From contig MU053933.1 in the NCBI GenBank assembly GCA_013239625.1, positions 2,691,026-2,751,025 of the forward strand: a stretch of 60,000 nucleotides of DNA. Direction: 5' to 3'. Source of the stretch: Lama guanicoe. Taxonomy: Eukaryota. Positions within the stretch are counted from its first letter, which is position 1, and each line of letters starts with the position of its first letter. This document shows, piece after piece, positions 23,370 to 36,540 of the stretch. The position numbers were made by a program, and so were the translations under genes. The notes under the pieces were generated by a model. It did not search any database and was not told where the DNA came from. It was given only the letters and a program-made list of their open reading frames with translations.

Positions 23370-24430
23370 CTGTCCTTTCAAAACGTCTCAGTGAATCCTG
23401 GACATTTTCTCTTCCATATGAAGTTTAGAGTCAGCTGTTTCAAACCAACCCTGTTGGCAGTTTTATCGGAATTGCACTGAGTGTATGAGCGTAATTTGGA
23501 GAACTGCCATCGGTGTGGTGGGGTGTCCTGCTCAGGCCTGGGTCTGTCCCTCGAGGTGTTTAGAACTTCAGTAACGTTTTCCAGCTTTCTTTTATTTCAG
23601 AATCGCTCATTTCTTGGTTTGTTCCTGGGTTTTATTGCTGTCACGAATGGGACACCTTTCCTCATGAAAGGTTTCAGTTATATACTGCTGTTGTAATAAA
23701 TGCTATTGTTTTTGTATGTTGACATTAAAATTGGCCACTTTTAATTCCAATGATTTGCCAGCTGATTGTTTTGGATTTTCTAGGCAAATAGTCCTGTAAT
23801 TATGCAAATTATTGTGTTTTTATCTCTGCCTTTCTAGTATTTGCACTTCATGTATATATATTCTTGCATTATTACATCCATTAGGACTGCAGTGTAAAAT
23901 GAGGTATCTTTCTCTTGTTTCTAAGTGTAATGTGAATGGCTCTAAAGCGAGGGTCTGCAGACTATGGCCAGGGGCCAAATCCAGCCCACAGTCGTCTCTT
24001 TGTAGATAAAGTTATTGGCACACACCATTCCCACTCGTTTTCATGTCGTCTCCTGCTTCTGCGCTACAACAGCAATGACAAGTAGTTGGTTCAGACCACG
24101 TGGCCCCAAAACCCTGAATGTTTGCTCTCTGGCCCTTCATGCAAGCTCTCTGCTCCAATGTGTTACGTGCAGTGTCAGAGGCCAGGGGACTTCCCTGCCA
24201 CTCCTGGCTCCCTGAAGCTCTTGCAGTTGTGGGTGCTTGAAATTTGGTGTAAGCATTAATTTATACCAAATGGTTTTTGGAGGACAGACTATCTTTAGAG
24301 ATGATCAAGGAGTTGTCCTCTTTTTAATCTCTTAACGTGTGGAATTATGCTAGCATTTCAGAATGCTGACTCATCCTTGCATTCCTGAGATAAGGCTTCC
24401 CTTGCTCCTGGTACGTCCGATTCCGTTTGC
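23370..24430 (-). mobile_element. Old L1M fragment (antisense), interrupted by MER58A
   Basis: T-rich sequence with reverse L1 ORF2 phrases (ttccatatgaagtttagag; gaattgcactga; ttggattttctagg; catccttgcattcctga). Confidence 0.65.
23948..24156 (+). mobile_element. MER58A-like hAT-Charlie MITE nested in L1
   Basis: Matches the recalled MER58A layout (actatggcc..ggccaaatccagccc...tgcgctacaac...ctggccctt). Confidence 0.8.
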
Positions 24431-26150
24431 CAAAGCTTTATTTAGAGTAACCACGTCCCTGTCACAAACCGTGCCCCGCTGTGGCGGGATGGGCGGTGTG
24501 CGTGGTCCCCACCACCGGTCTTCGGGCTCTGACTGTCTGCGTGGAACGGCTCGCGGTGCTTTCTCTTTTTCTGTGCTGGGGAGCAGTAGTGGCTCCTTAC
24601 AGCGGCTCTTCTGCGTGGAGCTCTTGCTGTGCCACGGGCACAGCTCTGTATGTTTTACGAGAGTTAAGTCTTTAACCTGCAGTGAACCCGTGAACAAGGC
24701 ACCATTCTCATGTCCGGGGCACAGGCTATTTCGGGGGCCAGCCCAGGGTCGCCCGGCTGGTAGGAGGTGGAGGTGAAACTGGAACTCAGCAGTCGGTCCC
24801 CAGGGCTTGGGTCCTGAATGCGGGACTTCCTGTCTCTCCTTTGCAGAGCGGTTACCCTATAAAGGTGGCAGAATCACACGAAACTGGTGACGCTTCAGGG
24901 GCAAAACTGCAGCTACTTTTTTTCCGTGCCCCTCCCCCACTGCTGGAATTACTGAATCTATTTCTACTGAGTCAGCTTTGTACTTTGTATTTTCAAGAAA
25001 ATCGTCCATTTAATCTAGCTCCTAAAAGTTATCACTACAAAATGGAACGTGATAGTTCCATAACTTCTCAACGTCCCATCCTCTTTTTTTCTTTCTCCCT
25101 TTGTTCTGGGGACAGTGTGCGTGTCCCAGGTGTGGCCCTCTGTCACCCCCGGAGTCCCCTGGGTGAGGCCGGGTAACGGGGCCGGTGGCTGACTCCGAGC
25201 TGCCGCTGATGGGCCCCCTGGGCGCGCTCGGACGCGTGCCCACCCGCCCCGCAGGACGCAGCACGGGAACCGCTGCCGTCACCGAGCCACTCTGGTTTTC
25301 AGCGCTTACCCAAGGGACCTTTATCCCAGAGATTAGCTCGTTGGCTTGGTTTTCGCATATCCAATGGAGAATGTATTTGATGGCGCGGGGGAAAACACCT
25401 CAACGTGAAGTTACTGAACATTTAAAAAGATGACACAGAAGCATTTTTAAGAATGACCCACTTAAAATTCCTTGAAAAGTTCCCTTCTCTGAATTTTGCT
25501 AGTTGACAGAAATGTGCTGAGAAAGGTATTTATCATAAGAATCATATAATAAAATTACATCTACCAAGATCGATTCAAAATCTGGGAAGCTTCTCATTCA
25601 GTGAGTGATAGTGACATGCTGCCAAAGTGTGGTGAACACAAGGTCTCAGAGGAGGAAAGAGATTGCTTTGTGAGTGTGCAGTTGGCTGCGGTCAGTGCCT
25701 GGGGTGATGCAGGCCGGCAGACTGCGTGGTCTGGGCTGTTCCCTTCGGGAAAGATGGCATGCTTCTGGCCGGGCTGCTGGAGCAGGGTCGGAGCTGGAGA
25801 AAGCAGGTGGGGCTCGCATCGCAATCCTTGTCCATGGGAACCTTTCAGACCAGAGAGCCACATCTGGGCAAATAGTTCCAAAGGGGCTTAAACCCAGAGC
25901 CCAAAACAGCACCTGGGGACATGGGGTGCTGGGACAATTTCACAATTAAGTGGAATTTGTGCCAGATACCAAATATTAAAATACAGTAGTTAAAGCCAAC
26001 ATGTGCTGAGAAGGTTTGTCAAATGCCCTGAGGGGCTGGTTCTCAGGGGCCCTCGGAGGAGGGCCCCCTGCCTCCACGTGCTGGGGGGGGGCTCTTGGCT
26101 GCAGAGTGAGAACTGAGCTCCCAGGGACTTGGGCTAAGAGATGAATGTCC

Positions 26151-27241
26151 CGCCTATTCAAACTTACCAGCCTTTGCACAGCAAAGAAAACCATCGACAA
26201 GACGGAAAGTCAGCCTACGACTGGGAGAAAATGTGCGCTTGACAAGGGCTTACTCCCCAAATACGCACACAGCTCCTTCTGTGCAATAGCAAACGCGAAA
26301 CAAAACAGACAGCCCAGTCAAAGTCTAGGCAGAAGACCTAAACAGACGTGTCTCCCAGGAAGACACACAGGCGGCCGAGAGGCACATGAGGAGGGGGTCT
26401 ATGCTGCTAATTGTCAGAGAAACGCAGCTCAAACCCACAACGAGGCGTCACCTCACACCGGCCAGAATGGCCATCACCAAAAAGTCCACAATGGTAAATG
26501 CTGGAGAGGGTGTGGCGAAAGGGGCCCCTTACATTGTGATGGGAATGTAGTTTGATGCAGCTGTTATGGAAAACAGTACAGAGATTTCTCAAAAACTAAA
26601 AATAGTCTTATCATCCAATCCAGCAGTCCCACTCCTGGGCATGTATCCTGAAAAGATGAAAACTCTAGTTCAAAAAGACACCTGCACCCCAGTGCTCACA
26701 GCAGCACTGTTTACAACAGGCAAGACATGGAAACAGCCTAAACGTCCATCAGCGGACAACTGGGTAAAGATGCTGTGGTGTATGTACACAATGGAATACT
26801 ACTCAGCCATCAAAAAAGAATGAAATATTCCCATTTGCAGCAACACGGATGGACTTAGAGATGATCCTACTGAGTGCAGTAAGTCAGACAGAGAAAGACA
26901 AATGGCATATGATATCATTTATATGTGGAATCTGAAAAATAATGCAAATGAACTTATTTAGAAAACAGAAACAGGCTCACAGACACAGAAAACAAACTTA
27001 AGGGGGCAGGGGCGGGAGGGATAAAGCAGGAGCTTGCGACTAGCAGATGCACGCCACTATGTGTAAGACAGACAAGCCACGAGGACTTACCGTGTAACAC
27101 AGGGAACACTGCAATATCTTGCAGTGACCTACGATGGAAAACAATCTGAAAAACAATGCATATATATAACCAAATCACTTTGCTGCACATTGGAACTACC
27201 ACAATACTGTCGATCAACTATAATCCAATTTAAAAAGGGAG
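26151..27241 (+). mobile_element. 5'-truncated LINE-1 3' end with probable target-site duplication
   Basis: ORF2 C-terminal peptide (KTWKQPK...YTMEYYSAIKK) and 3' UTR. Flanks agagatgaatgtcc (26137-26150) and agagaaaaatgtcc (27242-27255) match 12/14. Confidence 0.9.
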
Positions 27242-30200
27242 AGAGAAAAATGTCCTGGATTCTAGAGCAACAGCCAGAGTGGGAGAGAAGGAAGAGATCT
27301 GGGACCCCCGGTGCCCCTGGATCCTCAATCTCTCTGTCTCCATCTCCCCCCACCCTCTCTCCTCTCCTTCCCCGTCTCCTCCCCCGCCCCATCTCTATCT
27401 CCCTGTCTTCTCTCCCTGTGGGGCACCCACAGCTCAGGGGGTGGCCACCTAGGAAGTCAGCAGAACACACTTCCAGAAACTTGGGCCCCGGAGGGTTCCT
27501 GGGGGCTGTGTTGATCACAGGAGGCAGAGATGCTAGAGTTTGGTGGCCTTTGGAAGCCGCCTGGTCTTACAGACCCAGACGGTCGTCAAGGCAGTGGGCA
27601 CTGCAGCGCCGACCCCAGCTGGGCCGTGCCCCAGGCTCCCAGAGGTGAGAAGATCCTGGAGATAGAAGGCTGGGCCCAGACGCCTCAGAGGTGTGGCCCC
27701 GCGTTCACACTCACACTATCACCACCCCAGTGAGTCTCCTGGGCCCACAGCCCCCAGAGTGAAGGCATCGGGTCTAGAGGAGGCTTCCCAGGGCTCGCGG
27801 TCCACCCAGTCCCTGGGGACACGTGGGAAGTGTCCCATCGGAGACCGCAGGGATGGGATTTCTGTCGCCTAACTGGACGACTCACAGCGAACCACAGCGT
27901 TCTGTCTTGATCTCACGGAACTGGGAAAGCCCAGATCGTGAGAAGGTCAGAAGATTTCCTGTGAAAGCCAGCGGGAGCTGTGCAGGCGGCCACGGCAGCC
28001 AGAGCCCTGGGAACCTCTGCACCGGAGCTTGCCCCAGGAGTCGAGCCCCTGCTCCCCCAGAGCCCGCCCCCGGGGCCCCGTCTGTCACCCCTGCTCCAGG
28101 GCCCTCCCTCTCTGTCCCACCCAATCCATCCTCCTCCTCACAGCCTTGCTTCCCCCCCGGGGGAGGCCAGCCCAAATGTCCCCTTCCCCATCGCGCAGCT
28201 GAGGCCAGTGGGGAATCTGGGAAGAGCTGGTGAGACCCTGAGCGTGTGTAGTCCAGGGGCCACCTGTACCCCCTCGTGTCCCGGACGCCCCCACACACCC
28301 ACCGCCACCTCCTCCCTCGTCCACTCGTCCTTCCTACTGGTCCATCCCCATCCATCAGCACGGAGCACCTTTCAGCGCCTCTCGTCCTAGCCTGAGGCCA
28401 CCCAACCAGAGCCCGCCCTGAGGCTCTCCCTCACCTCCTCCCAACCCCTCGTTCTCAGCCTGGGCAGTCCCGTCTCTCAGCTTTCTTCCCCTCTGCATTT
28501 CACTTGGTTTTTGTGAACACCCCCTCAGGTCTGCCTCCTCCCTGTGGCCCCCTCTCTGGTCTCATGCCAGAAACTCCGTAGGTTTTGTTGCACAGACAAG
28601 GGAGGGAACAGCTTCGACCTGAGCGCCCAGAGGGTCTGGGGTTCCCGCCTCTCAGGGACCCTCTAGCTCTGCTCCATGGGAGGGAGGTGGGCAGCGATTA
28701 CCCACTGCTGCCCAGAGCGAGTGTCCTTCAGTCCTCACAGAGGCCGGGCTGAGGGGGTGGCATCACTCCTGAGGTCCCTGGGACCCACGCCAGGTAAGAG
28801 ATCCTGGACCCACCCCCACCCGCCTCCCTGCGGACACACTGCCTGCTCTCCCCAGCTCCCAGGCCCAGCCTCCCAGACAAGCAGCCTCTGGGCAATGATG
28901 GAGCCAGCTCCGGCTGACCAGTCGGCTGCCAGTTGGCTGAACAATTGAAACCACTTCCTTCCATCCTGGGGTGCTCTGCTCCAGCCATGAGCGAAGGGAC
29001 CCGGTCAGGGCCCGGTCAGGGGACCGGGTTTGGTCCTGATTCTGCCTCTCGGAGGCAGCTTGTTTGCCTTTTCCTGGCCTCCATTTCCCCTCGCCAATGC
29101 CTGGAGGTCGGACCAAGCCAGCAGTTCCTCACATAGGGCTGGGGACGGGGCTGGAGTCCTGGGGTGGGTAAGAAGGCGCCCAGATCCCCGTCTGCCTGTG
29201 GGCCTCTGGGGACGAGGCTGCCGAGCCCAGGGTCAGGCTCCGTCTACCCTCCTCTGGGTCCTGCTGACCTGGGTGGCCTCCAGCACAGCCGGGACCCGAC
29301 GTGGGTGCCGCCCGGCGCTGCCACTGATGTTTGAGTCAGCGTCTGCCGAGCACCTGGGGGCCGTGACGCTTGCGCAGCCAGAGGAGCCGGCTTCTCTGAC
29401 CAGCCCTCGGGGCTGTGACCCCTTGACTCCTCCAAGGAGAAGCCAGGGCACCTCCTGTCCTGTGGCCAGGGCAGGTCCAGGGCACTGATCTTTGTCAAGG
29501 AGAGGGGATGGATGTGTTTTCCGGGGGGGCGGGGGGTGTGGAGGGGGAGGAATACCAGACTGACGGGCGGGGAGGGGTGGGAATTTGAGATTTCCACGTG
29601 AACTCTAATAATCCGAGCAGCGCCGCTCACTTTGCACTTAAAATATTTACTTGGAGACACTGGAGTTTTAAAGTTCAGCATCACAACAGCCAGGCAACGG
29701 GCCAGGAGGAGGGGCTGGGGAAGTGGTTCTGGGCCCTTTCATCTCAAAACATGCGCGGAGCAGCCTCCCTCCCACTCGGAGGAAATGGCTCAGCCCTGGG
29801 CTGGGGAACTGCCCCCCAGCTGCTCTTGGGGGCTGGGAGGTGGCCCCAGGGACGGGCCCCAAGCCATGGCCTCACACCCTGGAGTGTGAACAACCTTTCC
29901 ACCGTCCCGAGGGAAATGGTTATCTCTCCAATCAGAGACGGGTGGCGGAGCAGGGCCTGCCTGTGCCAAAGCCAGATGTGTCCTCTTGGTCCCGGGTGTA
30001 CGGGGAATCCATCAGTGTCCATGACGGGAAGTCTGTAGGCTGGATGACTTTTCCTTCGGTTCTCATGAGCCAGACGCATTCCACAAACGAGCTCATGTCC
30101 GAGGGGTGGCCAGCTGATGTGTGCAGAGTCCTCGATGCCCGGCTCCAGGCTGGCTTCACCAGCTCCCACCAACCAGCTGTGCGGAGAGGCCGGGGCCCCT

Positions 30201-30699
30201 GAGACAGCAGGCCTCCGGTGCCCAGCCGCCCGCCCGCATGGACCCGCCTCTGCCCACGGCCAGCGTCCTGCTGGCTCCCCCTACCCCACGCCCCCAACTT
30301 CTTATCCCTGGAGCGTGATGGGCAGTGCTGCCCCCCTCCCGCTGTAACTGGGGGGCTGCGTGAACCCACAGGTGCATCCACAGAAGTCGGCATCTAGGTG
30401 CCCACGGAGGCCCTGCCTTGGTGTCCAGCCTGGGAAAGCCAACCGAGAGCCCCTCCTTCCTCGCTGATTCTGCCTCCCTGAGCCCTGCGGAGCCCCAGAT
30501 GCCTGGCTCCAGGGAGGCTGGGGGGCAGGGCCGCCCCAGCCGCCTGCTCCGGCCGACCTGGCATCGTGCAGAGACCGTCTGAAGGGCGGCCACTGAGGGG
30601 GCTGAATAGCCGGCCTGCCCTGGCGAGTCACTGCCAGGTGTTAGACATGTTTGAGAACAGAACTGCAGCCGTGACATTCACTGCTGGTAAGACTTCAGA

Positions 30700-31050
30700 C
30701 GTGTTCCACCCAAGTACACCATCCAGGATGTGTCACAAGCTGAGCCCTAGCGCCTCAGAATGTGATCGTCTTTGGAGGTGGGTCTTTAGAGAGGTAATTA
30801 AGGTTCAATGAGGTCCCTGGGGCGGTGTCCTTACAGGAAAGGAGAGCAGGACACAGACACACACACAGGGATGACCACGTGGGGACACAGGAGGACGCGG
30901 CCGTCCGCACTCCCAGGAGGGAGGCCTTGGGAGGGACCAGCCCTGACGCACCTGGACCTCGGGCCGGCAGCCTCCAGGCTGTGAGAAAACGCGTTTCTGT
31001 GTTTGAGCCTCTGGTCCGTGGTATTTCACAGGAGCCTGAGCTGAGACAGA
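30700..31050 (+). mobile_element. MLT1A/B-like solo LTR
   Basis: cctcagaatgtga...gaggtaattaaggtt...cagcctccagg..gtgaga...gtggtattt pattern. Confidence 0.8.
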
Positions 31051-32706
31051 TGGTGGTGTTGGGTTAGCCCTTGGCCATCCCTCTTTCAGCCAGAACAGGT
31101 GTGTGCGGGGCAGCCTCCCGGGCTTCACAGGCCGGGCCTCTGCGCAGAGGGGGTCCTGGGTGTTCAAGGGAGGTCTCCCGCCAGAGTCTCCCTCCGACGC
31201 TGTGACAGAAAGGGCACAGCCTCCTGCCGGCACCGCCCTGACGGAGGGACACGTGGCGGCTTGCTAACCCTCCTGACCTCGCCGCACCGCGCAGGCGGGG
31301 ACCCCGAGGCAGGCAGGACCAGCAGGCCGCCTATCCCAGCCACACAGCCATGCCCTCTACTGTCTGAGCCCCCAGCCAAAAGGTGCCCAGTAGCCACTTG
31401 GTGAAACAGGACTGAATAAAGGTGAATAAGACGGTCCCCTGGTGACGGAGACCCGGGGCCCGCGGGGTGGTTTGAAACATCCCTGGTGGCCTTTCCTGGA
31501 ATCTCACTGACGGGCGTCCTCGGGGGCTGTGCTCCTGACGTTTTTCAGCCACTGCTTCAGTTTGGTCCTAGAATCCTTCCTTTTGGTCCTGGAGCCAGAG
31601 AGGGCTTCTGGTCACAGCCCCCCCCCCAACGCAGAAGCCTCGCCCACCACCTCGGGGCCGCGCGGGCCAGGCGGCCGTCCACTGCGCGGCGGTGTGGAGG
31701 CGCAGCCCCGACGTCAGCCACAGCACGGGGCTCCCTTGCGGCTCGCAGACCTGTGTGCTCCGGGCCTGGCCTCCTGAGGTCCACCCCGCACGTGCAGCCC
31801 CCACATGCACTCCTCACTGTGGGTGCCCCCACCAGCCTCCATCGCCCCAAACAACCCAGGATGAAAACAGAAGCATGCACAGAGTCAGGTCCAAACCCGG
31901 CCCTGTGGCCTTCCCAGCCACGTCCCCCGTGGTGCCCAGGGAGCCTGGGCCAGCCAGACCCCGGGCCTTCCCTCTGCTGGCAGTGGTCTTGCCCAGCAGC
32001 CCCCAGCTAGGGAGGGAAGCAGACGGCTATCAAACAGCATGGGCGTGATCCAATTCACACATGCAAAACGTGATCGTGTGAGTATTCGCAATTGATATGC
32101 TGTTAGAAACTAAACTCCATGCCTCACCTCCCCGACCCCCAGCTCAAATCGTGGTTCCCATGGGGCCGGCTTCTCAGCCCCACCGCCCGGAGCAGGTGCG
32201 CCAGGTCCCCGCCGCCCACCTTCTCCTTGGCTTCGGGGGCCGCAGCCCTGTGCACCCCCAGTGCCCTTCACCCCGAGTGGCCCTGTCTGGCTCCCTGCAG
32301 GACCCGTGTTGGGACCTGTCCTTGGGGGTGAAGCGGAGCACGGCCGAGGAAGGCCAGGAGGGAGGGGCGCCTGGAGTCGATGTTCTAGAGACAGAAGATC
32401 CTGCAGCAGGATGTTTTCCCACTGAACTTTCCTAGGGACAGCACCAGGATTAACCAAGACTGCGTTTTAAATAAACACTTGTTTAAAGCGTCCTGGGAGT
32501 GCCCTGCTATGCGATCTTTTGCTTGCTTGCTTTATATTTTTAACGAATATTATTTAGACATTCTTGCCACAAAGCATTATGTGTTCATTTTAGAAAATTC
32601 CAACAAGCGAAACAGAAAATCAAAACAAACACAGTTCCACGCCCCGGAGACGGGTCTGCGTTTTGGACAGTTCTCCAGCACATCTTTCCAGCCTCGTCCA
32701 CCGGGG

Positions 32707-32835
32707 CACGTGTGTGTGTCTGTGCGTGGGTGTATGTACGTGGGTGCGCGCGCATGTCTGTGCACGGGTGTGTGCACGTGCGCACATACGTGTGCATGCG
32801 TGCATCTGTGTGTGCATGGGTGTGTGTGTGTGCGG
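32707..32835. repeat. Degenerate alternating purine-pyrimidine (TG/CG/CA) tract
   Basis: Seen directly. Similar tracts lie at ~3125-3158, 37790-37858, 39350-39460 and 44910-44990. Confidence 0.8.
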
Positions 32836-35730
32836 GTCGTGTCACGTCACCGACACCTCCCGCCTCACTGCACTCTTACGTGGTAAGAGACTTATTGATC
32901 TGTGAGGACTCCTGCTTTTCTATACCTTGCAAGTGTATTTTCACAGTTTCCCTCTTTTCGGGTTAAAAACAAGCCCCTTTAAGCTCCCAGTGACGTCGGC
33001 TGGATTGACGGCTGATCTGTTGTAACTAAAGTCCAGGGCAAGAATTTGAACAAATGTGTCTGTAAATTCCATGTACAGTAATTTTTGATACAGAGACACT
33101 TGATCTGCACAAAGACAACCACGACTTCTGGGTTTCCTTTTTGATGTCAAGCTTCAAAACACGTGTCCCAGCACAAAAGGGGTCCGCCTCAGGGACACAG
33201 GGCCCACAGGGGTTAAAAGTCACTTGAAGTCGCACGGCTCCCCACACGTTTGCTCAGAGAGGACATTTTCACTTAAGACTTCACCGAGTTTGAAAACTCA
33301 GGCAGGCGGCTTGAACTTCCTGGTCACTGTTAGTCCCACGGGGTCCAGCGCAGGAATCTCCGTGCCCAGGCCAAGTTCAGAAACCCGCCCTGTTCAGGTC
33401 AGCAGGTGGGGCGGCTGCAGGCGGACCGACAGCCTTCCCAGTTTGGGGTGTGACCACACTTCCTGCCTCTGTCTCCCCCAGCTCCCAGCCCACTGGTGGC
33501 TGCTTCTGACCCTCTGGGGCTGGGCTGGGCAGGAGGGCATCCAGCTGGGGGCGTCTTCCTTGACAGGAATGTCCTCAGGGGCTCGTGAAGCCAACAAAGA
33601 TTTCATTTTGTGCCAGCTTTGCCCTGCGGGGCTCTTGAACGTCAATGCCACTGACATGGTGCCTCCCTTTCCCAGGGTCCCCCAAGACCCTGGCTCTCCC
33701 GATTCTGTCTGGTGAGGACCCAGCCCTCCAGCGGCCTTTGGGCAGAAAGACAGACAGACAGCCATTCTCTTACAGAGTGAATGCACGTCCAGGGGACATA
33801 TCACACAGTCTTGCAGTGGCAAATGGACAGTCCCCGATTCTCTGTGCAAACTCCACAGCTGCCTCCAGACCCAACCTGACCCAACCCAGGGCGGCCTGTC
33901 CGACTGTCAGCACCACCCCACCGAGAGTCCACTCCCACCCGTCACCCGGGGCCGCGCCTCCCAGGAACCCACACACACAGCCCCCATCACTCGGGAGAGG
34001 AGCCGATTCTCAGCCCCACCTGGGAAGACTCCTCCAGGGAGACCCTCACGTGCAGCTTGGCGCCTCCGGACAGTGTCCTGGGGCCGCGGGGTCACCGGCA
34101 GCCTAACACCATGAGATTTCTGACTGTGTTCCCATTGAACAGGTCGCGACTTCTTGTAGAATTGGTTTGATAGTTGGCCGAGATCAGCTTCCTTTGTAAA
34201 CCTGGTTTGCAAATGGTTAGCTGGTGTCTCCACTCGGCAGCAGTGGTGAGGGGCTGAGGCTTTGTTCAGGAATGGAGAGACCTGGGGTCCAGGGAAATGC
34301 ACGGGTCCCCTGCCAACCACCTGCCTGGGACCAGGGGAGGCTGGGGTGGGAGCGGGTCCCCTGCAAAGACTGGCCCCGCAGGTGTACACACAGCTATCGG
34401 GGCCACCTGGCTGTGCTGGGGCAGGTGTGGACAGAGCCCTCGGCACGGCGACCTGGAGGCCGGGGCCCAGGCGGGGAGACACGTCCCTGGTGTCCTGGAG
34501 TCAGGGGTTGGAGCTGGGGTCGGGCGGGAGGCAGGAGGGCAGCAGGCCGCTTCAGGCCTTGTCACCGTGGACTGGAGGCCTGAGCCCGGGCAGGCGTGGG
34601 CCAGCCGCTGGGCTCGCGGGCAGAGGAGGGGAAGGCGGTCCCCACGTATGTGAGAGTCCATCTGTACAGACTGGCTCAGCTCACGTGTGCCCCGTGGGTC
34701 AGGGCACAGGAAACAAGCCTGCCTGGGATGTGTCCTTGGGACCCAGAACCAGGCCTGTGCACGGCCAGGCGGGCTGCGTGCGCAGGACCCAGTGTCAGGG
34801 CCAAACCGTGGCCAGGGCTCCAAGCCCAGGCGCTGGAGCCGGACCCCTGGTGGATGCCCACGGTGGGCTCTCACGGGGGAGGAGGGAGCAGAGGCGGCTC
34901 CGGGCTGGGACAGACACACCCGTATCGCCCACCCTCCAGTCCGGGTGGCTGAGCAGGCGGTGTGCGCGGTGCTGGCCTCCCCACCCGGCCCCGCTGGCTC
35001 CGAGGCCCCAGGCTGCCAGGGGAGCCGCTCCGGCTCCCTCCTCCTGTCCTGGCAGCGGCGGGTGGGGTCCCAGCGCCGCCCCTCCTCGGAGCCCCGGGGG
35101 CTCACTCTGCGAGTCGGGCAGGTGCACCCTCCAAGGGCAGCAGCGAGGGTGAGCGCGGGAACCCAGCCCCCAGGAGCTGCCTCTTCAAATTCAAATTTAA
35201 ATTTCTAAACAGTTTCAAACATACCAAAAAGTTGCAGGACTAGCACAATAAATGCCATGCATTCTTCCCCTAGAGACCCACTTGAGTGTCACCAATTGTC
35301 CCGGCGAGGTCCCTGACAGCAACACGACCCCCCGGGCCAGGTGGCATGTCCGATGGCCGCGTGTCCCTGTGCTCCTCGGTTGGGAGCATTCCCCAGGCTT
35401 CCCTGGGCTTGCGCTACCTGAATACTCTCTACGAGCGAAACGTCCCCAGCTCGGGGTGCTGACGCTCCCACGGCGAGACCTGCGCTGTCCCTGAGGGGCC
35501 GGCTCAGTGGGAGTGTCTGTTGGGCAGTGGGTGTGTCCACGTGTCACTCCTGCCATCTGACGCCCCTGGGTCTGCAGGGTCACCCTGGAAAGGTGGCTCC
35601 TCTTTGCAATTTGTGCGCGTTTCATGGGGCACACGTGAGGACGCCTCGCTCCACCTTCACCACCAGTTACCATTGTCCCTGCTCCTAAAGCCTGAGTTCA
35701 CGGTCACGACGATGGCTGCCAAACACTGGG

Positions 35731-36540
35731 TTTTTTTAATCGAAGGATAGTCTGCTCACAGTGTTGTGTTAGTTTCTGGTGGGCAGCAGAGTGATTCAGT
35801 GACACGTGAACGTACGCTCCTTCCCATATTCGTTTCACCACAGGCCGTTACAAGGTGTGAATGCAGTTTCCTGTGCTGCGCGGGTGTGTGTCTGTTCTCT
35901 ACACAGCAGTCAGTACCTGCAAATTCCGAACTCCCAGTTTATCCCTTCCCGCCCCCTGCCCCCACCCCGGCAATCCCAAGTTTGTTTTCTAAGTCTGTGA
36001 GTCTGTTTCTGTTTTGTCAGTAAGTTCATTGGTCCCATTTTTTCGGATTCTACGCGTAAGTGGTGTCATACAGTATTTTTCTTTCTCTGACTTACTTCAC
36101 TTAGTAGGACAATCTCTAGGTCCGTCCACGTTGCTGCAAATGGCATTATTTCATTCTTTTTCTAATCGCTGAGTAGTATTGCATCATATAAACACACCAC
36201 ACCTTCCTTACCCCGTCACTTGTGGACGGACGTGTAGGAGCTTCCACTCCGGCCGTTGAGGACAGTGCTGCTGGAGCACCGGGGTGCGGCTGTCTTTGTG
36301 AATTAGAGCTCCCTCTGGATGTGTGCCCGGGGCGGGACTGCTGGGTCACCGGGTGAGTCTGTTTCTAGTTTTTCGCGGCCCCTCCACGCTGCCCTCCGTC
36401 GTGGCCGCACCACCTGCGCTCCCACCGCCGTGCAGGGGGCCCCCTGTCCCCGCATCGCCTCCAGCAAACGCTGACTTTCTAGCCCCCCCACCCCCGTCAG
36501 CTGGGACTCCGCGGTGGGGAGAGCTTTCTCTTTTTCACTA
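35731..36540 (-). mobile_element. LINE-1 3' end, antisense
   Basis: T tail at ~35731, reverse L1 3' UTR, and ORF2 end ([18 protein letters not shown]) on the minus strand. Confidence 0.88.

Noticed and set aside
34262..35152. Overlapping 296-aa and 279-aa ORFs on opposite strands
   Set aside because: Multiple frames are open at once with G/P/A/R-biased composition and no homology I recognise. This is a GC artefact.
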